Shown here: one piece after another, positions 40,968 through 50,640 of the stretch
How the letters are laid out: each line of letters begins with the position of its first letter
Numbering within the stretch: the stretch's first letter is position 1
NCBI GenBank assembly: GCA_029782365.1
Contig: JAKOUW010000096.1
Span: 298,467-362,466, forward strand
Direction of reading: 5' to 3'
DNA: 64,000 bases
Origin: Chloroflexota bacterium
GTDB taxonomy: Bacteria; Chloroflexota; Anaerolineae; Anaerolineales; UBA4823
Notes under the pieces: model-generated
Database searches by the model: none
The model's input: the letters and a program-made list of their open reading frames with translations, nothing else
Told to the model about the DNA's origin: nothing
Translations under genes and position numbers: made by a program

Positions 40968-41963
40968 ATGAAATATCCATATTACCCCGGCTGTTCATTA
41001 GAGAAAAATGCTTCCGCATATCATGTCTCAACATTGCGAGTCGCCAGGGAATTTGGCATTGAATTCTCTGAATTGGATGATTGGAATTGCTGTGGGGCAA
41101 CCGAATATATTTCCCTCAACGAAATGGCGGCTTACTCGCTGGTTGCACGCAACTTGGTTTTGGCCAAAGAGCAGATCAAATCCGGTGGTCACGTGCCGCA
41201 GTTAGTCGCCCCATGCAGCGCCTGCTTCTTGAATCTCAGCAAGGCGGAAGCTTACCTGACAAACAACCCGCCGCTTTCGCAGCGTGTCAACCTGGCATTG
41301 GAAGCTGGCGGTCTGCATTATGATCCAGGTGGATTGGCCGTCCGTCACCTGCTGGATGTTTTCGTCAATGATATCGGTTATGATGCCATTGCCGCCAAAG
41401 TGAAACGACCGCTGAAAAATCTGCGTATCGCGCCTTACTATGGCTGCCTGATCGTCCGACCCCGCTTTCAAGGCGTGTTCGATGATTTTGAATATCCAGA
41501 CACGCTTGACAGGCTGATGGCTTCGCTAGGCGCGGTGGTTGTCGATTATCCACTCAAAGCCCAATGCTGCGGCGGTCATATGACCCAAATAAGCGAAGAC
41601 ACAGCGATGGATATATTGAACCGTTTACTGCGCAGCGCCGCAGAAAAGGAGACAGATGTCATTGTGACATTGTGCCCAATGTGCCAATTAAATCTGGATG
41701 CCTATCAGGACGCGGTTAATCGTTACTATAAGACCAATTATCACATTCCCATTCTGTATTTCACTCAGGTGATGGGCCTTGCTTTGGGGCTGACGCCCGA
41801 GAGCCTTGAAATTGGCAAGGAATTTATTGATGCCCGGCCAGCCTTGTCCAAAATCGATCATGAGGCGGCGCAAGACGACCAGCCCGTCAAACCCAGGCGT
41901 CCCGGAAAAGAAGAATTGCCTATGCCGCGCATGCCCAAACCAGAACTGGCGAAAGAGAGGTAG
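40968..41963 (+). CDS. hdrB: Heterodisulfide reductase subunit B-like (two CCG domains)
   Basis: DWNCCGA and CCGGHM cysteine-rich CCG motifs. Confidence 0.8.
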   Translation: MKYPYYPGCSLEKNASAYHVSTLRVAREFGIEFSELDDWNCCGATEYISLNEMAAYSLVARNLVLAKEQIKSGGHVPQLVAPCSACFLNLSKAEAYLTNNPPLSQRVNLALEAGGLHYDPGGLAVRHLLDVFVNDIGYDAIAAKVKRPLKNLRIAPYYGCLIVRPRFQGVFDDFEYPDTLDRLMASLGAVVVDYPLKAQCCGGHMTQISEDTAMDILNRLLRSAAEKETDVIVTLCPMCQLNLDAYQDAVNRYYKTNYHIPILYFTQVMGLALGLTPESLEIGKEFIDARPALSKIDHEAAQDDQPVKPRRPGKEELPMPRMPKPELAKER

Positions 41964-41965
41964 CG

Positions 41966-43978
41966 ATGGTAACAAGACAGGTCGAGGAACGAATAGGGGT
42001 CTATGTCTGCCACTGCGGTTCAAATATTGCCGCCACGGTGGATGTCGCCGATGTAGCTCTCTGGGCTGAAAATGAGCTGAAATCGCGGGGTGTGGTTGTT
42101 GCGCGTGATTACAAATTTATGTGCTCCAGCCTGGGACAGGAATTGATCCAAAAAGACATTCAAGAGTTGAAACTTACCCGCGTCGTCGTTGCTGCCTGTT
42201 CGCCCCACTTGCATGAACAGACATTTCGCAACGCCTGCAAGAAAGCCGGACTGAATCCCTACCTGTGCGAATTGGTCTCGATCCGTGAACAGGTTTCATG
42301 GGTTCATACAGACCGGACAGCGGCTACGGCGAAAGCAAAAGCGGTGATTTCAGGCGGAGTGGAACGCGTTATTCACAATCAACCGCTCGATCCACTGCGC
42401 GTCAACATCCACCCAGCCACCCTGGTTGTCGGTGGAGGCATTGCAGGTATCCAGGCCGCATTGGAAATTGCTGACGCCGGATTTCCGGTTTATATGGTGG
42501 AGCGTGAGCCTTCCATAGGTGGGCACATGGCGCAGTTTGATAAAACCTTCCCCACCCTTGACTGCTCAGCCTGCATATTGACGCCTAAAATGGTCTCTGC
42601 TGGTACCCATCCCAACATCACCCTCTTGTCGTGGGCTGAAGTGGAGCACGTCGATGGTTATGTAGGCAATTTCAATGTTACTGTGCGTCAAAAACCCCGC
42701 TTTATCAATACCGAACTCTGCACAGGCTGCGGTATTTGCCAGGAAAAATGTCCAAAGAAAGTCATCGATGATATCTTCGAAGCGGGCTTGGGCTATCGCA
42801 AGGCCATTTACACACCTTTTCCCCAGGCGGTGCCCCGCTTCCCTGTGATCGATGTGGAGAATTGTACTTATTTTATCAAAGGCACATGCAAAGCCTGTGA
42901 GAAATTCTGCCCAACCGGGGCAGTGGATTTCAAACAACAAGAAACCCGCGTGAGCTTCGATGTTGGTAACATTATCCTGGCCACCGGTTATGATTTGTTC
43001 GACGCGCGCCGGGTCACCCAATACGGCTATGGCCGTTTCCCCAATGTCTTCACCAGCCTGGAAATTGAGCGCATGTGCAATGCGGCCGGCCCAACCAATG
43101 GAAAAGTGGTATTGCGCGATGGCGTTACCAATCCCCAGGCCGTGGCGATTGTACACTGTGTGGGCAGCCGGGATCGCAATTACAATAATTACTGCTCCGC
43201 CATTTGCTGCATGCAAAGTTTGAAGTTCGCCCACCTGATCCACGAGCGCACCGGCGCTGAAGTTTATAACTTTTACATTGACATGCGCACCCCAGGTAAA
43301 GGATATGAAGAGTTTTACCACCGCTTGCTGGAGGAAGGCGTTCATTTCATCCGTGGTCGTGTCGCTGAGATAAGCCAGACCGCACGCAATGTGCACGAAG
43401 ATGGTAAATTGATCGTTCAGGCCGAAGACACCCTGGTAGGCCGTCAGGAGCGTGTGCCGGTCGATATGGTTATTCTATCTGCCGGCCTTGAGCCTCGGCA
43501 GGATCACAAGGAAGTGGCCCGAATTTTTGGACTTTCCTGCTCCTCGGATGGATGGATGATCGAACGCCATCCTAAGCTGGACCCGGTGGCGACCATGACG
43601 GAGGGCATTTTCATCGCTGGTTGTGTCCAGGGGCCGAAAGATATCCCGGCCAGTGTTGCGCAAGGCGCCGCCGCGGCAGCCCGAGTTTTAGGGAAGATAA
43701 ACCAACGCCAAATTTTCCTCGAACCGTTTAACGCCACGATAGACTCCACCCGTTGTTCAGGCTGCCGCATTTGCAACAATTTGTGCCCCTTCAATGCGAT
43801 TACTTTTGACCAGGAAAAAATGGTCAGCGCAGTCAATCCCGCGCTGTGCCAGGGTTGCGGGACATGTGCGGCCGCCTGCCCGGCTGGTGCGATTTTCGCT
43901 TCTGGTTTCAGCAGCGATCAAATTCTGGCGCAAATTGAAGGTTTGCTCATGGCCAACCTGGCCCCGCTGGCTGGTTGA
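41966..43978 (+). CDS. hdrA: Heterodisulfide reductase subunit A-like (FAD, multiple Fe-S; electron-bifurcating flavoprotein)
   Basis: GGGIAG FAD motif. Several CxxCxxC clusters. N-terminal CHCGSNIA/MvhD-like motif. Confidence 0.8.
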   Translation: MVTRQVEERIGVYVCHCGSNIAATVDVADVALWAENELKSRGVVVARDYKFMCSSLGQELIQKDIQELKLTRVVVAACSPHLHEQTFRNACKKAGLNPYLCELVSIREQVSWVHTDRTAATAKAKAVISGGVERVIHNQPLDPLRVNIHPATLVVGGGIAGIQAALEIADAGFPVYMVEREPSIGGHMAQFDKTFPTLDCSACILTPKMVSAGTHPNITLLSWAEVEHVDGYVGNFNVTVRQKPRFINTELCTGCGICQEKCPKKVIDDIFEAGLGYRKAIYTPFPQAVPRFPVIDVENCTYFIKGTCKACEKFCPTGAVDFKQQETRVSFDVGNIILATGYDLFDARRVTQYGYGRFPNVFTSLEIERMCNAAGPTNGKVVLRDGVTNPQAVAIVHCVGSRDRNYNNYCSAICCMQSLKFAHLIHERTGAEVYNFYIDMRTPGKGYEEFYHRLLEEGVHFIRGRVAEISQTARNVHEDGKLIVQAEDTLVGRQERVPVDMVILSAGLEPRQDHKEVARIFGLSCSSDGWMIERHPKLDPVATMTEGIFIAGCVQGPKDIPASVAQGAAAAARVLGKINQRQIFLEPFNATIDSTRCSGCRICNNLCPFNAITFDQEKMVSAVNPALCQGCGTCAAACPAGAIFASGFSSDQILAQIEGLLMANLAPLAG

Positions 43979-43992
43979 GAAAGGCGGTAAAC

Positions 43993-44478
43993 ATGGACTC
44001 AAAATTTGAACCCGTCATTATTGGTTTCACCTGCAACTGGTGCAGTTACAGGGCTGCTGACATGGCCGGTACAGCGCGCGTGAAATATGCTCCCAATGTG
44101 CGGCTGGTGCGTTTGATGTGCTCCGGCCGTCTGGATCCAACTTTTGTGCTCAAAGCGTTGGCTGGCGGAGCTGACGGCGTTTTGATAACCGGCTGTCATC
44201 CAGGCGAATGCCACTATTTGGAACAAAACTACAAAGCCCTCCGCCGCTTTCATCTTCTCCGCCGCACTATCCAGGCGTTTGGGGTAGAACCAGACCGTGT
44301 CCGCCTGGTGTGGGCCAGCGCCGCTGAAGGGGTGAGGCTCGCTGAAGAAATTACACGCTTTGTTGAGGACATCCGCGCCCTCGGCCCATTGAACTGGCCC
44401 TCTCATTTGAAGACCACACCTTTGGATCTTTCTGCTCTGGAAAAAGCCGAATTGCCGCTCGAGGAGGTGCCGGTATGA
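43993..44478 (+). CDS. mvhD: MvhD/FlpD-type hydrogenase iron-sulfur (delta) subunit
   Basis: FTCNWCSYRAADMAG and ITGCHPGECHY motifs. Confidence 0.8.
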   Translation: MDSKFEPVIIGFTCNWCSYRAADMAGTARVKYAPNVRLVRLMCSGRLDPTFVLKALAGGADGVLITGCHPGECHYLEQNYKALRRFHLLRRTIQAFGVEPDRVRLVWASAAEGVRLAEEITRFVEDIRALGPLNWPSHLKTTPLDLSALEKAELPLEEVPV

Positions 44479-45464
44479 CTCTCAATGGTAAACCAAAATT
44501 CGCAATGTACTGGTCAGCTTCTTGCGGAGGCTGTGAGATTGCATTGCTGAACATCCACGAAAAAATCCTGGATGTGGATGCCAATTTCCAGGTTGTGTTT
44601 TGGCCTGTGGCCATGGACGCCAAGTACAAAGATGTCGAAGCCATGCCAGATGGTTCGATTTTGTTGACTCTTTTCAACGGCGCCATTCGCAACGAAGAAA
44701 ATGAACACATGGCGCACCTGCTGCGGCGCAAATCGAAAATTCTAGTTGCTTTCGGCTCGTGCGCCAATGAAGGTTGTATGCCAGCACTGGCGAACTTATC
44801 TCCAATTGAGGAAGTTTATCACACAGCGTATTCAACCCCATCCACAGATCCTGCGTTGGGCGGTCTGCCTCGTTCGGATTATTCCGCTCCCGAAGGCGAT
44901 CTTCATATACCGCGCCTCTTTCCTTACGTGCGCACGCTCGATCAGGTTGTAGATGTCGATTATTTCATCCCCGGCTGTCCGCCAGAATCACATCAGATAG
45001 CCGCGGTGATCGACGCCATCATCGCCGTTCTCAAAGGTAGTGCTGAGCTGCCTCCCGCAGGTTCAACCCTCGGGGCAGGCAGCTCTACAGTGTGTGAGGA
45101 ATGCCCTCGCAAGCGCGATGTCAAAGCCATTCACGAATTCAAACGTCTGCAGGAAGTCATGTTGGATCCAGCGGTTTGTATCCTGGAACAAGGCGTTGTC
45201 TGTTCTGGTCCTGCGACCCGCAGCGGCTGCAGCGCAGTCTGCCCAAAAGCCGGCTCCCCCTGCATCGGCTGTTATGGTCCGGCGGAAGGTGTGATCGACT
45301 ACGGAGCGCGCTTGATCACCTCGCTGGCCTCCGTGATAGAGGCAAACCAACCTGAAGAGATTGAGCAGATTATTGATGGAATTCCAGATCCGGCCGGTTC
45401 ATTCTACCGTTTTAACCTGGCCAGTTCTCTGCTGAAAGCTGCCCGGCCTGCAGTGAAAGGATGA
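44475..45464 (+). CDS. mvhG: [NiFe]-hydrogenase small subunit (group 3c, MvhG-like)
   Basis: N-terminal SASCGGCEIALL proximal-cluster motif. C-terminal Fe-S cysteines. GGAGG RBS. Confidence 0.8.
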   Translation: MTLNGKPKFAMYWSASCGGCEIALLNIHEKILDVDANFQVVFWPVAMDAKYKDVEAMPDGSILLTLFNGAIRNEENEHMAHLLRRKSKILVAFGSCANEGCMPALANLSPIEEVYHTAYSTPSTDPALGGLPRSDYSAPEGDLHIPRLFPYVRTLDQVVDVDYFIPGCPPESHQIAAVIDAIIAVLKGSAELPPAGSTLGAGSSTVCEECPRKRDVKAIHEFKRLQEVMLDPAVCILEQGVVCSGPATRSGCSAVCPKAGSPCIGCYGPAEGVIDYGARLITSLASVIEANQPEEIEQIIDGIPDPAGSFYRFNLASSLLKAARPAVKG

Positions 45465-46936
45465 GATCTATGCAGCGCATCACAATTGACCCAATTACCC
45501 GCCTCGAAGGCCATGGCAAGATCGAAATCTTTCTCGACCCGGAAGGAAATGTGGCGAACACGTACTTCCAAATACCGGAACTGCGCGGCTTCGAGCGTTT
45601 TTGCGTTGGTCGGCCAGTTGAAGAAGTGCCGATCTTAACAAACCGGATATGCGGTGTCTGCCCTGAAGCCCACCATCTGGCTGGCGCAAAAGCGGCAGAC
45701 GCAGTCTACCACGTCGATCCGCCCCGCACGGCAAAACTGCTGCGCGAATTAATGTACAGCGCCTTTTACTTCACCGACCATACCACTCACTTTTACGCCC
45801 TCGCCGGCCCTGATTTTGTCATGGGGCCGGATGCGCCTGTTGATCAGCGCAATATCCTTGGGGTGATTCATAAAGTAGGGCTCGAAATTGGCGCCCAGGT
45901 AATCCAGGCACGCAAGTATGGTCATCGCACGGTGGAAATCATCGGAGGGCGGAAAGTCCATCCATGCACTTCTATTCCTGGCGGTTTGACCAAAGGCATC
46001 ACATCAGATGAACGGCGCGAGATTGCCGGTATGGGACAATGGGCAGTCAATTTTGCCCGCTTCAGCCTCAACCTCTTCACAGACATCGTTCTTGGGAATC
46101 CTGATTACGTCAACTTGATCCTCGGTGATATCTACACGCATCACACCTACTATATGGGCACAGTTGACGATAACATGCACGTCAATTTTTATGATGGTCG
46201 CATAAGCGTCGTCGATCCAAACGGCAGACGAGTCGCCCTTTACAACCCCGCAGATTATTTGGACTACATTGCTGAGCATGTGGAACCCTGGACTTACTTG
46301 AAGTTCCCCTATCTTAAGAAGATCGGTTGGAAAGGGCTTGTGGATGGCGTGGATTCAGGTGTGTATGTCGCAAGCCCACTGTCGCGTTTGAATGCCTCCG
46401 AAGGGATGGCGACGCCTTTAGCGCAAGCAGAATATGAACGTTTCTATGCCACCCTGGGTGGTAAACCCGTTCATCAGCGCCTGGCAACGCACTGGGCGCG
46501 TCTGATCGAGCTGCTTTATGCTGCCGAGCGCTGGGTCGAGTTAGCCGCTGATCCAGAGATTATTAGTGACAATTTTCGCACTCTGCCCACCGAAAAACCC
46601 ACCGAAGGTGTGGGCTGCGTCGAAGCGCCGCGCGGCACCCTGACGCACCATTATTGGACAGATGAGAGAGGCATCACCACCCGAGTGAACCTGATCGTTG
46701 GCACCACCAATAATTATGCGCCGATTGCGATGTCCGTTCAGAAAGCGGCTTCCAGCCTGATCAAGAGAGGGACACCCATCACCGAAGGCTTGTTGAACCG
46801 GGTCGAGATGGCCTTCCGCGCTTATGATCCATGTTTTGGCTGTGCCACCCACACCCTGCCCGGGCAAATGCCGCTGGAAGTCACCATATACAACGCATCT
46901 GGTGATGCTCTGCAAGTGCTCAAACAATGCTGCTGA
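45461..46936 (+). CDS. mvhA: [NiFe]-hydrogenase large subunit (MvhA-like)
   Basis: N-terminal RLEGHG...RICGVCP. C-terminal DPCFGCATH Ni-binding motif with cysteine, not selenocysteine. Alternative ATG at 45470. Confidence 0.85.
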   Translation: MRSMQRITIDPITRLEGHGKIEIFLDPEGNVANTYFQIPELRGFERFCVGRPVEEVPILTNRICGVCPEAHHLAGAKAADAVYHVDPPRTAKLLRELMYSAFYFTDHTTHFYALAGPDFVMGPDAPVDQRNILGVIHKVGLEIGAQVIQARKYGHRTVEIIGGRKVHPCTSIPGGLTKGITSDERREIAGMGQWAVNFARFSLNLFTDIVLGNPDYVNLILGDIYTHHTYYMGTVDDNMHVNFYDGRISVVDPNGRRVALYNPADYLDYIAEHVEPWTYLKFPYLKKIGWKGLVDGVDSGVYVASPLSRLNASEGMATPLAQAEYERFYATLGGKPVHQRLATHWARLIELLYAAERWVELAADPEIISDNFRTLPTEKPTEGVGCVEAPRGTLTHHYWTDERGITTRVNLIVGTTNNYAPIAMSVQKAASSLIKRGTPITEGLLNRVEMAFRAYDPCFGCATHTLPGQMPLEVTIYNASGDALQVLKQCC

Positions 46937-47472
46937 AAACCTTGGTGCTTGGGCTCGGCAATCCAATCTTAGGCGATGATGGCGTTGGCTGGCGGGTTGT
47001 CGAAGCCTGCCAAAAAGCATTTTCAACCTCCGCCTCTGCGAGTGATGCCGATTCTTCCTCAAGCGCCCTCATTTTTCCTGACCAGGCGGTCGAATTCGAC
47101 TGTCTTGGAAGTGGTGGCCTCAGCCTGATGGAGCGTCTGATCGGCTATGATCGTGCGATTTTGGTGGATGCTATGCAGACAGGAAGCACTGATCCAGGCA
47201 GCGTTTGCTGCTGTGAGTTGTCCGATCTCGCCGACCCTCACCTCGGTCATTCAGCCTCGCCGCATGATGCCACTTTAAAAACAGCGATTGCCCTCGGGCG
47301 CAGCCTTGGCGCCAGCCTGCCAAGTCCTATCTGGGTTGTGACAATTGAAGCTCGGGAGGTGTTTGAATTCACTCCCGAGCTTTCGCCATTGGTTGCGCAG
47401 GCGGTTAAACCGGCTGTGCAGCAGGTGCGCGCGTTACTCATTTCCCTTTATTCACCGACCCCAGGCCGCTGA
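46927..47472 (+). CDS. Hydrogenase maturation endopeptidase (HycI/HyaD family)
   Basis: LVLGLGNPILGDDGVGWRV motif. Overlaps the large subunit stop. Confidence 0.8.
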   Translation: MLLKTLVLGLGNPILGDDGVGWRVVEACQKAFSTSASASDADSSSSALIFPDQAVEFDCLGSGGLSLMERLIGYDRAILVDAMQTGSTDPGSVCCCELSDLADPHLGHSASPHDATLKTAIALGRSLGASLPSPIWVVTIEAREVFEFTPELSPLVAQAVKPAVQQVRALLISLYSPTPGR

Positions 47473-48385
47473 CCGTCTTTGTCAGGTTCGGTTCCCCGTA
47501 ATAGGTGATTGAACCGACGCCGCTGATCTGTGCATTCAAGCTGTTTTTCACCTGGACCTGTGCGCTGCCGGTACCACTGACCTGGGCATCTGCTGTCTGG
47601 GTGGCCAGGTCTCTCCCGAGGAAACTGCCCGCTCCGCTGATTTTCACAACCAGGTCATTTGCGCTGCCGTTGGTGGTTACATTGCCAACGCCGCTCAATT
47701 GACATTCGAGCTTATCGGTTTTCAGATTCTCCAGGCGCAGACTGCCAGCTCCACTCACGTTCAATTCGAGTGCGTCCGTTTCCAGGTTTTCAAACCGCGC
47801 ATCAGCCGAACTCGAGAAACTGGCTTGATGCAACCGGGTGACTGTGATGGTAATCTTAACTGTCTGGCTTGGTCGGACGCGTTTGCTGCGGTTGGATTCG
47901 CTGTTTTCAATGACAAGTGAGCCACTGCGCACCTCGGTGCTGAGCTGGGGTATCAAATTGTCATCACCGACAATGGTCAGGCTTTCGCTGGTTCCCTGGC
48001 GGACAACAACCTCTGCAGGATATTCCACATCCAGAGCATCAAAACCGCTGATCGACCGGGTGACTGTGATGATATTTTTGGAGCCAGGCACCGCACCATC
48101 ATAACCACCGATATTAAAATTCCACTGTGGAGTATTCCATCCCAACTGCGGGGCGAATAGTATCGAGGCAATTACCAACAGAGCTGCGGCTGCCTGGCCA
48201 ATATTTCGGGATGGTTCCCAAACGCTTTTTGCGATCAAGCTCAGGCCTGCCAGAATCAACAAATATGGCCAGACGTGAGTGAGCGCCCAAAAGTTTTCGC
48301 CTGGCATATATCCAAGGGAAACAAGCAGCCACAATAAACCAACAACAATTAGAAAGAGAGGAAAAAAAAGGGATCGCTGTCTCAT
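47438..48385 (-). CDS. Membrane protein with DUF4097/DUF2807-like beta-helical repeats (LiaF-like/adhesin-head fold)
   Basis: Two N-terminal TM helices. Repeated xSGxGSxxV/L beta-strand units. ATG 48385 with GGAG RBS. Confidence 0.6.
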   Translation of the reverse strand: MRQRSLFFPLFLIVVGLLWLLVSLGYMPGENFWALTHVWPYLLILAGLSLIAKSVWEPSRNIGQAAAALLVIASILFAPQLGWNTPQWNFNIGGYDGAVPGSKNIITVTRSISGFDALDVEYPAEVVVRQGTSESLTIVGDDNLIPQLSTEVRSGSLVIENSESNRSKRVRPSQTVKITITVTRLHQASFSSSADARFENLETDALELNVSGAGSLRLENLKTDKLECQLSGVGNVTTNGSANDLVVKISGAGSFLGRDLATQTADAQVSGTGSAQVQVKNSLNAQISGVGSITYYGEPNLTKTVSGLGSVNKGK

Positions 48386-48565
48386 ATCAAACTCCAATCA
48401 AAGTAGTGTTTATTGAATTTACGTTCTTGCAGCCCAGCGGTTGCAGTACTATTGAATAAGCCAATCGTACCCATTTGCAGCTCTGTCAGCATCTGCCAAA
48501 CAGTCAGTTTTTCCCTGGCTATCTGGATAGGGTTTGCCCTTTAACTGTCGTAGGGCAATCGTTGC

Positions 48566-48594
48566 TTGCAAATTTCCTTTTTCTTCGCTAAAAT
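48566..48594 (+). promoter_or_regulatory. Sigma70-like promoter (TTGCAA-17-TAAAAT) for the SARP regulator gene
   Basis: Hexamers and 17-nt spacer read from sequence. Confidence 0.5.
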
Positions 48595-48683
48595 ATAATT
48601 AAGATATTTATACTCCGGTTAATGATCGCTTTGAGCGTCATTCCCAGCCAACGCAGGTGATGGCTGGACGAGGTTTTCAAATT

Positions 48684-49583
48684 ATGAATAAGCTCCGCAT
48701 TGTTTTGTTTGGAGGGGGACGAGTCGAATTTGCCGAGTCACAAAAGTACGAAGCGCTCACTACGACGACATGCGCCTTATTGGCTTTCCTGGTTTTTTAC
48801 CGCCAACGCACTCATCCACGGGAGGTTTTGTTAAATCTACTATGGGGTGAGCTGCCACCTGAACGTGCGCGCGGCTGTCTCAACACTGCTCTCTGGAGGC
48901 TGCGCCAGCGCATCGAACCCTTCGGAACTCCCTCAGGTACTTACCTGGTGACGAGTTCTTCAGGGGATGTTTGTTTTAACTGCCAGAGCGATTTCTGGTT
49001 GGACGTGGCGGCTTTCGAGAAGTCGGTCGAATCAGCCCTGGCTGTTTCACATGACCAAACTGATAATCAAGCTGCCCAACTGGAACAGGCAATCTCCTTA
49101 TACACCGGTGATTTATTGGAAAATAGTTACTGTGATTGGGTTTTACCTGAACGGGAACGTTTGCGCAATTTATGCCTTGATGCCCATGAATATTTGATGC
49201 ACCATTATCACACCCGCCTCAATTTCCACCGTGCTCTAGACCATGGCGCCCAAATCCTGGCTTTTAATCCCCTACGAGAAGATATCCACCGCCAGATGAT
49301 GCGAATCTATGTGGATAATGGTCAGCGCTCATTGGCTGTGCGCCAATATCAGATTTGCCAGCAAGTCCTCCACACCGAGTTAAATATCGAACCGATGCTC
49401 GAAACTCGCTTGTTATTGGAACAAGTCTCTGGAAGTTCTCTGATTTCTGAAAAATTCCCCATATCCGATCAGGTCACCAGTGAAGTGAAACAAGCCATGG
49501 AACGCCTCCAACTAGCTCTCGATGTTGTCAACCAGGCCCGCCAGGATCTTGAACGAGCTCTCAATCGCATTTCGAAAACCTGA
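48684..49583 (+). CDS. SARP/BTAD-family transcriptional activator (AfsR/DnrI/RedD-like). Alternative start at 48657.
   Basis: N-terminal OmpR-type winged helix (RIVLFGGGRVEF...LLAFLVFYRQ). C-terminal BTAD TPR-like domain. Confidence 0.75.
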   Translation: MNKLRIVLFGGGRVEFAESQKYEALTTTTCALLAFLVFYRQRTHPREVLLNLLWGELPPERARGCLNTALWRLRQRIEPFGTPSGTYLVTSSSGDVCFNCQSDFWLDVAAFEKSVESALAVSHDQTDNQAAQLEQAISLYTGDLLENSYCDWVLPERERLRNLCLDAHEYLMHHYHTRLNFHRALDHGAQILAFNPLREDIHRQMMRIYVDNGQRSLAVRQYQICQQVLHTELNIEPMLETRLLLEQVSGSSLISEKFPISDQVTSEVKQAMERLQLALDVVNQARQDLERALNRISKT

Positions 49584-49697
49584 TCAACTTCTGCCAGAAT
49601 GAGATTTTTCTGCCTTTTTCTCCAGCAGATCTATTGACGCGTCTGGAACAATCAAATTTCATCAAATTAAGGTATTTATTATCTTATTCTAATTAGT

Positions 49698-49752
49698 TGT
49701 GATCGAGGGGTGATTTTGCGGTGATCCCCCGGTGATTTGGTCATGGTATAAG
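49698..49752 (+). promoter_or_regulatory. Putative SARP-dependent promoter of the eCIS operon. Four direct GTGAT[C/T] repeats with exact 11-nt period. The last heptamer lies 8 nt from a TATAAG -10.
   Basis: tGTGATCgagg gGTGATTttgc gGTGATCcccc gGTGATTtggtcatgg TATAAG, read directly. Confidence 0.5.
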
Positions 49753-49819
49753 CAAATAGGAAGATTTCTTCCAACTGGCTACCGCTTTTACTTTCTCAAG
49801 GAGCATCCAGCCGATCAGA

Positions 49820-50041
49820 ATGCCAGGATTCAACACCCAGTCTTTCCTCGTTCGCATCTGGATCGAGCCGCGAGAAATTCAAGGGATGTCCATAGTTTGG
49901 CGGGGTATGGTGCAGATGGTATCCAGTGGTGAACAAATCTACTTCAAATCCTTTGCCGAGTTGAATATGTTCATCGCCGCAAAATTATCTATCCCCTACC
50001 CGCCAGAAAACGATGGCGTTATCCCTGGGAAGGAATCATAA
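49820..50041 (+). CDS. Possible small leader ORF (73 aa) ending 3 nt before the DUF4255 gene. Start uncertain.
   Basis: ORF tightly abutting the first eCIS gene. No domain recognised. No well-spaced RBS. Confidence 0.25.
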   Translation: MPGFNTQSFLVRIWIEPREIQGMSIVWRGMVQMVSSGEQIYFKSFAELNMFIAAKLSIPYPPENDGVIPGKES

Positions 50042-50043
50042 GT

Positions 50044-50640
50044 ATGGCTTTTTATACTGCCATAGCCGCAGTTGGTACCGCGATCGTCAATTTACTAAAA
50101 GATGCTTCACGCACAGAGTTTCCCCAGGCTGATTTCAAACTTCTTCAGGCATCTGACTTCACCCTCAACTCAGCTATACCTTCCCCTGAAGGCGCCAGTG
50201 TGTTTTTATACCGGGTGACTGTTTCCACCCAGCGCCGCAACATGCCTCCTCGCACAGACGAAATAGGCGTGCGCTTTCGTCCATCCCTGCCAGTGGACCT
50301 CTATTTCTTGATAACCCCCTGGGCTGCCGATCCTGAAAAACAGCTCCGCCTTCTTGGATGGATTATGCGCGTTATTGAAGACGCCTCGATCATCCCTTCC
50401 GCCTTATTGAATGAGCTTGAGCAAAATGGCAAAATCTTTTCCTCAGCCGAGAATATTGAGCTGTTCTATGAACCGCTCAATATGGCTGATATGTCAATCC
50501 TGTGGGAGAACTTGAAACAGGTAAAACTGGCGCCATCTGTGACCTATGTTGCTCGCATGGTGTTATTAGACTCGTCCTCACTGCTCAAAGTGTATGATCC
50601 GGTCCAGGCTCGCGATGTCCCCTTCCAGGAGATGAATTGA
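50044..50640 (+). CDS. DUF4255 protein (eCIS cap / tail terminator, Afp16/Pvc16-like)
   Basis: VFLYRV...VDLYFLITPWAADPEKQLRLLGWIMRVI matches DUF4255 hallmark motifs (SLFLY..., LYLITAW...DP). Confidence 0.8.
   Translation: MAFYTAIAAVGTAIVNLLKDASRTEFPQADFKLLQASDFTLNSAIPSPEGASVFLYRVTVSTQRRNMPPRTDEIGVRFRPSLPVDLYFLITPWAADPEKQLRLLGWIMRVIEDASIIPSALLNELEQNGKIFSSAENIELFYEPLNMADMSILWENLKQVKLAPSVTYVARMVLLDSSSLLKVYDPVQARDVPFQEMN

Noticed and set aside
42566-43396. 276-aa ORF on the minus strand inside hdrA, and similar long antisense ORFs (19757-20329, 27020-27571, 46541-47062, 60351-61025, 926-1456)
   Set aside because: They are fully contained antisense to genes with strong family signatures and RBS-coupled operon structure. 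They have no RBS or domain. These are typical spurious ORFs of GC-rich coding DNA.
41966-46936. Checked HdrA, MvhD and the NiFe large subunit for in-frame TGA (selenocysteine) positions
   Set aside because: All ORFs are continuous. The Ni-binding C-terminal motif is DPCFGC with Cys, so there is no evidence of Sec recoding.
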